Assembly (NCBI GenBank): GCA_965226495.1
Contig: OZ245365.1
Coordinates: 1,216,001 to 1,280,000, forward strand
Source of the DNA: Candidatus Marinacidobacterales bacterium
GTDB lineage: Bacteria; Acidobacteriota; Vicinamibacteria; Marinacidobacterales; DATDRI01
Direction: 5' to 3'
Length of the DNA: 64,000 bases
Each line of letters starts with the position of its first letter. Position 1 is the first letter of the stretch. A model generated the notes under the pieces. The model was not told where the DNA came from, ran no database searches, and was given only the letters and a program-made list of their open reading frames with translations. The position numbers and the translations under genes are program-made. Of the stretch, positions 49,974 to 58,017 are shown in pieces.

Positions 49974-50051
49974 CTTGGTCTGGACCGAGTAACCGAAAGT
50001 AACACTTCCCCTTCGATTCCCTCTGCCGGAGGATTGGCGATGAGCCCTCAT

Positions 50052-52733
50052 TCATTCCGTTGGGACGAGCCGCTTCAGCTCTTCGAACCAATTCTGCACC
50101 AGCGTGATTTCAGTCGGCCGAAAGGGATCGACCGGCTCGACTATCAAGAAACGCCGTCCGTCGAGGGAAACGTCGTAGTTGGCGTTCAAGTCGCTAAAGT
50201 ATCTTCCCGCACTCGCTTTCTGGAAGAGCAACGAGGTGGCCCCCGGCCGGAACGTCGGCTGCGTTTCAACGGCAACAGCCATCATCCGGTTGCCGTTGCG
50301 ATAGAAAAGTTCTTTTCCATTCCTCGACCACACCGGCTCCGTCCCTCCTTCGGACGAAATCTGATGTTTCTCGGTGCCGTTCAAGGCCCGGACGTAAACC
50401 TCAGAGCGTCCCGTCTCGTCGGAAACGTAGGCCAACCATTCTCCATCGGGTGAGAACATGGCGTGTGTCTCCTCGAAGGGCGTCGCCTGAAAAGGAATCG
50501 GCTGCTTGTCGTCTTCGAGCTGCAGTATCCAGATGTCTCGCCCGGTTTCGAGACTTCGCTCGATATACGCTAACCGATTCCCGTCAAGAGACCAGGACGT
50601 GGGGAACTGAGTAAACCAGGACGTGAGGGACTGGGTCAGCTCGCTCTCGAGAAGTCGTTCCCTCCTGCCGCTCCCATCCATGAACAGGAGGTGGAGAGTA
50701 GGGGGGCGGCCGACGGCGTGAAAACCTATCGCGACGGCTCGGCCATCTGGACGCCACACCGGTATGAGGTTCTCGTTGTCGAAGCTCTGGCGCGTCAACG
50801 TGCCTCGCGCCAGGTCTAGAAGCCAAACGTGGTCGTTCGCCCCCTGAATTGCGACCGCAACCCGGCTGCCGTCCGGCGAAAGGCTTGGCTGGGTGTAACG
50901 TCTTGCCGGCGCGGGAAGCACTTCCGAAACACCTTTACGGTCGACCCAGGCCAGGTTCGAGTCCACGGACGTTTCGCCGCCACGAACGTAGACGAGCGAG
51001 CCATTTCTAGAAAAATCGAACTTCACGCCGTCTTCCCGCGTCCAGGTGATGTCGTCCACTACCCGTACGGCCGGTCCGGTCAGCTCCAGGGAGGAGAGAT
51101 CAAAAGGCGCTGCTAATATCGTCCCCTCACGTCCATAAACCAGATGACCGGACGGCGCGTAGCGAGCAAAAGGGGCGCCGTCGACGAGGACTTTGAAGCT
51201 TCCGGCGTCGAGTGACAAGACCGCTATCTTGGCCTCGGCGTTCGATTTTCCGGGGAGCTCGATCGAGAACAGCACATCGCGCTCGCCGGGGAGGAACGAG
51301 GGCAGCAAATGACCGGCTTCGTCGCGATCGGCGTCGGGCGTCGTCAAGACCTCGATCGGCCCACCGTTCGCTGCGACCCGTGCAAGGCCCCCGCCGGGTA
51401 TCGGTGCATAGATGATCGTGCCGTCCTGACTCCAGGCCCCGCCCTGACCATGCTCGGCGTCGGCGAGCACCTGCGGGTTTCCCCCCGCGACGGAAATCTT
51501 CTTCAACTTTTGTCCGCTGAAGAAGCCGACCCATTGCCCATCCGGTGAGAAGAATGGGCGGTGTGCCCCCTGAGTGCCGGCGAGCGCAACGGCCTCGGGC
51601 CGTTCCAGAGCCCGGACGTGAAGGAGAATCTCCCCATTCGTTTCCGCGGTGTACGCAACGTGAGTCCCGTCCGGCGAGATGGCGAGAATGGCAGCTCCGA
51701 CCTTGCCCGATTCGAGATACTCCGCGGGGGCGACCGGGATGGACGACCTCACGACGGGTCGGGAGTCCTCGTTCGCGGAACGAAATAAAAACCAGAACAA
51801 AGCTGCCGTCACCGAAGCACCCAGGAGCGCACCGAGGCCCAGAGTCGACATGCTCGAACGTGCCGGCGTTTTGTGGCGGCTCGTCTCGTCCTCGGGCAGC
51901 TCTATGAGCTCGATGCGAGCATCTCCAATATCACGGAGCCTCTGCCTTCGGTCCTTCGTGAGACATCTACGGATCATCCTTTGAACGGCCGCCGGTGTAT
52001 CGGAGGGAAGTTTCTCGAGCTCCGGCTCGGCCCGAACCACCGCGGCGAGAATGTCCGTTATGTTCTCGCCATCGAATGGCCGCTTTGCGTTCAGCGTTTC
52101 ATAGAGACAGCATCCGAACGCCCAGACATCGGTTCGTTTGTCGACGGGCTTGCCGCGTGCTTGCTCGGGCGACATGTAAGACGCCGTCCCCATGATGGCA
52201 CCGAGCGCGGTACCTCTGGTCAGTGTTGGAGACTGCGACGTTTCCGCGGAAACGTCGTCCTCGGGAAGGAAAGCCTTCGCGAGGCCGAAGTCGAGAATCT
52301 TGACATTGTTGTCCGGCGTGATCTTGATGTTCGCGGGCTTGAGATCGCGGTGGATGATGCCCTTCTCATGAGCTGCCTCGAGACCCTCGGCGATCTGTAT
52401 AAATAAAGGTAGCGCTTCGTCGACCGAAATCGGGCCGCGTGCGATCTGCTCCGCAAGCGTCTCACCTTCGACGAGCTCCATCACTAAGAATGGCTTGCCG
52501 GCGTCTTCTTCCAATCCATAAAGCGTCGCGATACCGGGATGATTCAGTGACGCGAGGAGCTTTGCTTCACGTTCAAAACGAGCGAGACGTTCTTTGTCTT
52601 GGGAGAGTGCTTCCGGAAGGACCTTGATCGCGACTTCACGACCGAGCTTGGTGTCGCGGGCGCGATACACCTCGCCCATCCCGCCGGCCCCGATAAGTTC
52701 GAGGACTTCGTAAGCGCCGAGTTTCTTGTTCAT
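50052..52733 (-). CDS. Hanks-type Ser/Thr kinase with TM and TolB-like (PD40) propeller
   Basis: GAGGMGEVY, VAIK, HRDLKPAN, DFGLAK, YMSPEQ; SPDG repeats. Confidence 0.92.
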   Translation of the reverse strand: MNKKLGAYEVLELIGAGGMGEVYRARDTKLGREVAIKVLPEALSQDKERLARFEREAKLLASLNHPGIATLYGLEEDAGKPFLVMELVEGETLAEQIARGPISVDEALPLFIQIAEGLEAAHEKGIIHRDLKPANIKITPDNNVKILDFGLAKAFLPEDDVSAETSQSPTLTRGTALGAIMGTASYMSPEQARGKPVDKRTDVWAFGCCLYETLNAKRPFDGENITDILAAVVRAEPELEKLPSDTPAAVQRMIRRCLTKDRRQRLRDIGDARIELIELPEDETSRHKTPARSSMSTLGLGALLGASVTAALFWFLFRSANEDSRPVVRSSIPVAPAEYLESGKVGAAILAISPDGTHVAYTAETNGEILLHVRALERPEAVALAGTQGAHRPFFSPDGQWVGFFSGQKLKKISVAGGNPQVLADAEHGQGGAWSQDGTIIYAPIPGGGLARVAANGGPIEVLTTPDADRDEAGHLLPSFLPGERDVLFSIELPGKSNAEAKIAVLSLDAGSFKVLVDGAPFARYAPSGHLVYGREGTILAAPFDLSSLELTGPAVRVVDDITWTREDGVKFDFSRNGSLVYVRGGETSVDSNLAWVDRKGVSEVLPAPARRYTQPSLSPDGSRVAVAIQGANDHVWLLDLARGTLTRQSFDNENLIPVWRPDGRAVAIGFHAVGRPPTLHLLFMDGSGRRERLLESELTQSLTSWFTQFPTSWSLDGNRLAYIERSLETGRDIWILQLEDDKQPIPFQATPFEETHAMFSPDGEWLAYVSDETGRSEVYVRALNGTEKHQISSEGGTEPVWSRNGKELFYRNGNRMMAVAVETQPTFRPGATSLLFQKASAGRYFSDLNANYDVSLDGRRFLIVEPVDPFRPTEITLVQNWFEELKRLVPTE

Positions 52734-52760
52734 GGGCTCAGGCGGTTTCGGAGTATTGGA

Positions 52761-52796
52761 CCCCTCACCCCATCCCCGGAAACGGGGAGAGGGTGA
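52761..52796. repeat. REP-like palindrome related to 5035-5102
   Basis: cccctcaccc...tccccg-gaaa-cggggagagggtga. Confidence 0.5.
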
Positions 52797-52874
52797 CTTT
52801 CCCAGGCGCAAGTTCCACGATTATATAGCAACTTGGTCTAGACCGAGTTGGAGGGTCTGCGAACATTTCCACAT

Positions 52875-54290
52875 TCAAGAGTCAAGCGCTTCCTTATTAA
52901 AGAAAGGCTCCACTTTCTCGGGTGGGGTTGGTTCGGTGAGAAGCGAGACAATGACGAGGGCGGTCACCGAAAGAGTGATGGCCGGGATGACGGCTTTCAC
53001 CGAGCCCGTGTAGAGGAGATTCCACAGCAGTGTCGTCGTCGTACCGGTGGCGATCGATGCGACCGCACCGGCACCTGTGGCTCGCCTCCAAAAAAACGTC
53101 GCGATCAGGGCTGGAGCGATCGATGTCCCCCATATCGTATACGCCAAGAGCGCAACGGATAAGAACCTATCCGATAGCGTCGACAAGAAATACGCCACTA
53201 GCCCCAGAAGGATTGTCGCCATTCTCAAGCGAACGACCAACATCTGGCCGGTCGCCTGCGGATTGAAAAATCTTTGGTAGATATCCCGCACCAAGGTCGT
53301 AGCCGGTACTAGCAAGCAGCTCGTTGCGGTCGACAAGACGATGGCCATCACGGTGGTGAGCATGAGAGCGCCGAGGCCCACCGGCAAGAAATCGCGGGCT
53401 GCGTAGGGGATGACCCGGCCGGGAATATCCATTTCGGGAATCAGCGAGGAGCCGACCCACGCGTTCAAGATGATCATCGCCTCCAAGAAGGTCACACCCA
53501 AGGCGGTCCAAAGCGCCGCCTTCTTCGCGACGAGCGCCGTTCGAGCCGAGAAAAATCTCTGGTAGAGATTCGCCTCGGCCAAGATGAGAAGGCCGGTGGG
53601 GAGCGACAAGCCGATGGCTTCTACGAATCCGATGGGACCGATGAGTTGGAAGTGCGACGGCTCCAGGACTTCGCGCATCCCTTCGATGCCGCCAGCTCGC
53701 ATGAACAACATGACGAATGTGATCGACATGCCGGCGATCATCGTGATGCCGGAGACGACACCGATGTGGGCAACGGAGACCATGCCTCCAAACGTCGTGT
53801 AGAGCACGATGAAGATCGCGGTCAAGACGACCGCCGGTTGGTAGGGAAGCTCAGGAAGGGCGAGGTTCAAGACGGCTCCCGCCGCCCGGAACTGATAAGA
53901 AAGGATCGTGCTGTAGGCCATGAGGAGCGCGAGAGTTCCGAAGAGTCGGGCAGTCAAGTTGTACCGGCGTTCTAGCAAGTCGGGAATCGTAATCTGCCGG
54001 AGCGCCCGTGCCCGGCCGGCTACCAGGCTCAGAAAAAAGATAGACATGATGGACGCGACCGGAAGAATCCAAGCCGCGAGGCCGACTTCGTACGTCTTTT
54101 CGGAGTTCCCGAAGAAGCTCCCGCTCCCGATCCAGGTCGCGATCATGGTGAAGGAGAGAACGAAGGTTCCCAGGCTTCGGCCGGCGACCGAGAAATCTTC
54201 TTGAGTGGAGACACCGCGGCTTCCACGCACGGCGACGAGGACGAGCAGAAGGAAGTAGCTGGCGATGGCCCAGAGGTAAACGTTGCTCAC
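52875..54290 (-). CDS. Sodium:solute symporter family protein
   Basis: DF.VAGR.L, ATW.GSG, TIPD.L..RY, YT..GG..SV, YQRF.SA; about 13 TM segments. Confidence 0.9.
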   Translation of the reverse strand: MSNVYLWAIASYFLLLVLVAVRGSRGVSTQEDFSVAGRSLGTFVLSFTMIATWIGSGSFFGNSEKTYEVGLAAWILPVASIMSIFFLSLVAGRARALRQITIPDLLERRYNLTARLFGTLALLMAYSTILSYQFRAAGAVLNLALPELPYQPAVVLTAIFIVLYTTFGGMVSVAHIGVVSGITMIAGMSITFVMLFMRAGGIEGMREVLEPSHFQLIGPIGFVEAIGLSLPTGLLILAEANLYQRFFSARTALVAKKAALWTALGVTFLEAMIILNAWVGSSLIPEMDIPGRVIPYAARDFLPVGLGALMLTTVMAIVLSTATSCLLVPATTLVRDIYQRFFNPQATGQMLVVRLRMATILLGLVAYFLSTLSDRFLSVALLAYTIWGTSIAPALIATFFWRRATGAGAVASIATGTTTTLLWNLLYTGSVKAVIPAITLSVTALVIVSLLTEPTPPEKVEPFFNKEALDS

Positions 54291-54340
54291 GCGGTTGTTC
54301 CTAGCACAGCTCTTGAAGGAGTTTCCACTGACGTATCGGG

Positions 54341-56536
54341 CTAGCGAAAACTCCGGCCCAGAGAAAACACCAACCTAGCCGAGCCGTCGTCGCCCACCGC
54401 TATCACCGCCGCCACGAGCCCAACGCCGGTCTCCATCAGCAGGCCACCGCTATAGCTGCTCCGCATATCGGCGTCATCGAAATCGTCGAACGCGCTCCCG
54501 AACTCCGCCAGTCCCGTCACATAAACCGCTGCGCCGACGAAATCAGGAAGCCGAGAGATTTGCTTCAAGTAAGCCACGCTTCCGAGAAGGAATTTATCTC
54601 CGCGAAACTCATCGTTGTCATACGCGGTCAGCTGGAGCGGCCCGCCCAGCGTGAAGTCATAGAGGGTCGGGATCGGTCGATTGAATGAAGTCCCGCCGGC
54701 TGCGACGAAAGCGATGCGATGCGTCTTGGCAATCGGCCAGAAGACTGACCCCCTCGCTTCCGACGAGCCGAAATCGGTCGTTGCTGTAGGCGCGTCCCGG
54801 AACCACCGGGTGTTTGAAAGAATGCGAAGACCTCGCGTGGGGATGAGCGCGCGATCCTGCCCTTCATAGAGCCAGCGGAGCCGCACCCGCTCTTCCTTTC
54901 CCTGAACTTCCTGAAAGATGGGAGCTCCGACGCGGCGGTTGAAATTCACTTCTCCGATGTCGTAGCCGAGACGAATCTCATTGTCCAAGCCGAGGGCGAG
55001 CCCAATATCCGCGCCCGCGGAGGTCCGCACCGTCGTATAGGTCGCGACGAGCTCTTCCTCTTGAAAGAAGTTGTCGGAGGTTCGGAACAGCATTCCACGC
55101 GGGGCAACGAACACGCGAGTGTTCCCGAGCGGTCGATAGTACTCAGCCGCTAGGCCGAGTGTGGTACCTAGCGCTCCATCTATCCTTACTTCCGCGCCAT
55201 AGCGGCCGACGTCGTAGGCGGTGAACCTGGCCCCGAAATCGAAAAGAATCTCTTCGGCTTGATTCGAAAGCCCTAGCGAGAAGTTGAGGAAAGGTGGTCC
55301 ATGATCTTTCTCCTTGATCCGAACGAGGAGTCCTTTTTCTTCATCTTGTTGCGTCGTCTCGTAGCTCAGGCTCTCGTAACGGTTGGTCCCGGTCAGTGCG
55401 GTGAGGGCGAAATCAAGGTCGTCGGTCGCGAGTGGCGTTCCGATGAAATCCTGAAGCCGCCGGCTGATCGCCTCTCTGTCTTCGGGGCCGGCGCCGACCA
55501 CCTCGACGAACTCGGGTGTGAGATTGCGTGAACGTTCGCGCGCGCGTATCTCTTCGAGGTGCGCTTGCCAGTCTTCCTCGCTCAGTGCTAGCGTCATCAG
55601 CTCGGAGGCATGTTCGGCTGCGGCTGCGGCACCACGGTCGGCAATCGCGTCACTCTTTCGCCAGTCGGTGGAGCCGACACTTTGAAGATCCGGCCGGATG
55701 ATGATGTCCGCGTCGTTCAACCCGTGAGTGGCACCATGCTGGATCATCACCGTGAGGGATTGGGACGCTTGATCCAAAGCGGAGCGGAGCTGGTCGCGAT
55801 TCTTCAAGGCCTCGCCGACATCCACCGCGATCACGACATCGGCACCCATCGCTCGCACGATATCGCCCGGGACATTATTTAATAGCCCACCGTCGACCAA
55901 GAGCCGTCCTTGCCAGTCGACTGGCGCGAAGACGCCTGGAATCGCCATGGTGGCCCGCATCGCGAGGCCGAGAGAGCCATGGTCGAGCGTGACCAGCTCG
56001 CCCTCCTCCAAATCGGTCGCCATGCAACGAAAGGGAATGGGAAGCGCATCGAAGCTCGGAAGCGTCGAATAGGGTAAGGCGATCCGGCTTAGCATCAATC
56101 CGACGAAGTGCCCGGAGTCCAGGCTGCTCGGCAAGCTGAACCCATGGCGCAAGCCGAGCTCGAGCTTGACCTGATATTGCCGGCTGTCTTGCTTACGGCG
56201 AAACTCCTTGAGTGAATAGGGTGCCCCCCCGGAGAAGATGAGATCCCAATCGGCGTTGTGCAAGAGTTCTCGAATGTCCGCCGCGGTCATACCGCTGGCG
56301 TAGCTGCCTCCGATGAGCCCACCCATGCTCGTGCCCGCGATGTAGTCGACCGGGATGCGGTTCTCCTCGAGCCATTCTAGGACCCCGACGTGGGCGATGC
56401 CGCGAGCGCTGCCTCCTCCGAGAGCGAGCCCGACGCGCTTTCGTTCTGGGGGATCAGTCTGGGCGGTCGCGATCCCGCAGACAAATAGCAGTAGGGCTGA
56501 GACCGAGGCACGTTTCGTTGCGGTGAGAGCGGTCAT
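54341..56536 (-). CDS. Patatin-like phospholipase with POTRA and C-terminal beta-barrel (PlpD-like)
   Basis: GGG.ARG.AH.G, GTSMG, DGG..NN.P; C-terminal strands ending FSLGRSF. Confidence 0.88.
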   Translation of the reverse strand: MTALTATKRASVSALLLFVCGIATAQTDPPERKRVGLALGGGSARGIAHVGVLEWLEENRIPVDYIAGTSMGGLIGGSYASGMTAADIRELLHNADWDLIFSGGAPYSLKEFRRKQDSRQYQVKLELGLRHGFSLPSSLDSGHFVGLMLSRIALPYSTLPSFDALPIPFRCMATDLEEGELVTLDHGSLGLAMRATMAIPGVFAPVDWQGRLLVDGGLLNNVPGDIVRAMGADVVIAVDVGEALKNRDQLRSALDQASQSLTVMIQHGATHGLNDADIIIRPDLQSVGSTDWRKSDAIADRGAAAAAEHASELMTLALSEEDWQAHLEEIRARERSRNLTPEFVEVVGAGPEDREAISRRLQDFIGTPLATDDLDFALTALTGTNRYESLSYETTQQDEEKGLLVRIKEKDHGPPFLNFSLGLSNQAEEILFDFGARFTAYDVGRYGAEVRIDGALGTTLGLAAEYYRPLGNTRVFVAPRGMLFRTSDNFFQEEELVATYTTVRTSAGADIGLALGLDNEIRLGYDIGEVNFNRRVGAPIFQEVQGKEERVRLRWLYEGQDRALIPTRGLRILSNTRWFRDAPTATTDFGSSEARGSVFWPIAKTHRIAFVAAGGTSFNRPIPTLYDFTLGGPLQLTAYDNDEFRGDKFLLGSVAYLKQISRLPDFVGAAVYVTGLAEFGSAFDDFDDADMRSSYSGGLLMETGVGLVAAVIAVGDDGSARLVFSLGRSFR

Positions 56537-56703
56537 GAGAGTGCGCCATACTACCTGGAACGTCTGAAAAAAACTAGGTGGCGTCCCAAAATGGTCCGAG
56601 CATTCCCTTTGTTTGCAGCAAGATAGGACCCCTAACAGGAGAGCGGCCCGCCGAAAATTTCCCTTAACCTATTGATAGATAGGGTCTTACGGGTGCGCGA
56701 AAC

Positions 56704-56732
56704 TTGACAAACAGGCTACTTTCACTTAACTT
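56704..56732 (+). promoter_or_regulatory. Sigma70-like promoter for the HNH gene
   Basis: TTGACA-17 bp-TAACTT in an AT-rich spacer. Confidence 0.5.
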
Positions 56733-56790
56733 ATACATATAGGCCGAGTTAAGAAATCCTGAAAAAAACTGGGTGCTGGAGGTGTCCGCT

Positions 56791-58017
56791 ATGACGGAAA
56801 CGTTGACTTCGACTCTAACGCAAGACATAAGGGAGGTCGGATCGCCCGACGTCGAACTTTCCATCGAAGAGCTCGATCTCAAACTCGAGCGGATCGTGCG
56901 AGTGCACGAGGGCTCGGAGAGGCTTATTTGCGAATACCTGATCGCCATGCGCGAGCGACGCGGGTACGAGAAATTCGGGTTCGTCGACATTTATTACTAT
57001 GCGGAAGAGCGCTTCGGCTTCTCTCCGCGCAAGACTCGTTATCTTCTTCAGCTGGGTCAGAACCTCGAGAGACTTCCGCAGCTCAAGAAGGCACTAGAGG
57101 AAGGGAGGCTCGGTTGGACCAAGGCGAGCCGTGTCGCACGGGTCGCCACGAGCGAGGACGAAGCGATGTGGCTCGACTCGGCGCTTTCCCTATCGGTCCG
57201 CGAACTCGATCGGAAGATCGAGGGGGAAAGGGACGCGGCAGGGGTCAAGGTCCGAGCGTGGCTGACGCAAGATCAAGCGGTGGTGTTTGACCACGCCGTC
57301 GAGGTCTGCCGCCGCGTAGCGGGAGCCGATATTGATATCGCCCGCTGCATCGAGTTCATGGCCGCAGAGTTGATTGGGACATACGCACACCTAGGGCCGC
57401 AGCAAGAAGAAGACCGCGTCTCCGACTGCGTCGACGAGCAGCCCCCCATCTCGGACGAAGAGAGTGCGGCGGCGGAGGCGCGGATCTGCCCCGACAGCGA
57501 CGCGCTTCCCTCGCCGATCGCCGGGGGCTACGGCAAGACCTGGAGCGGCGTGTTGGAGAGGGACGACTATCGGTGCCAGTACCCTGACTGCAGTGCCCGC
57601 GCGCTTCTACAGGTGCACCACATCCGGTTCCGGAGCCGCAGCGGGCGAAAGGGTCGTGCCGAAAGCAACTCGCCCCCGAATCTGATCTCGGTCTGCGTTT
57701 TTCATCATCGCAGTATTCATGCCGCGACGATCGGCCTGAAGGGTCGGGCTCCCTCCGAGCTCGAGTGGCGTCGGCCGGCGCTGATGGAGAAGGCGCTGCA
57801 GCGCGGCTACGGCATGTGTGCCGAGGGCGGTTGTGGACTAGCTCGGGAGCCGGGTCCGGTGTACGTGGTCAAGGGGCGTGGACGGCGACCGGCTGCCGGC
57901 GTCAAAGTGCGGCGTCTCACGATTCAACTTCGCCGGACGCCGGTTTGGAAAACGTTTTCCAAAACCGAATCTGGGTTGAATGGTAACAGATGGCTTGCTA
58001 GCGGTGTTTTTGGATGA
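56791..58017 (+). CDS. HNH endonuclease with DUF222-like N-terminal region
   Basis: RD.YRC..PDC....L.VHH......G....NL...C..HH..IH; N-terminal LP.L..AL..G.L.W.KA; RBS ggagg. Confidence 0.8.
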   Translation: MTETLTSTLTQDIREVGSPDVELSIEELDLKLERIVRVHEGSERLICEYLIAMRERRGYEKFGFVDIYYYAEERFGFSPRKTRYLLQLGQNLERLPQLKKALEEGRLGWTKASRVARVATSEDEAMWLDSALSLSVRELDRKIEGERDAAGVKVRAWLTQDQAVVFDHAVEVCRRVAGADIDIARCIEFMAAELIGTYAHLGPQQEEDRVSDCVDEQPPISDEESAAAEARICPDSDALPSPIAGGYGKTWSGVLERDDYRCQYPDCSARALLQVHHIRFRSRSGRKGRAESNSPPNLISVCVFHHRSIHAATIGLKGRAPSELEWRRPALMEKALQRGYGMCAEGGCGLAREPGPVYVVKGRGRRPAAGVKVRRLTIQLRRTPVWKTFSKTESGLNGNRWLASGVFG

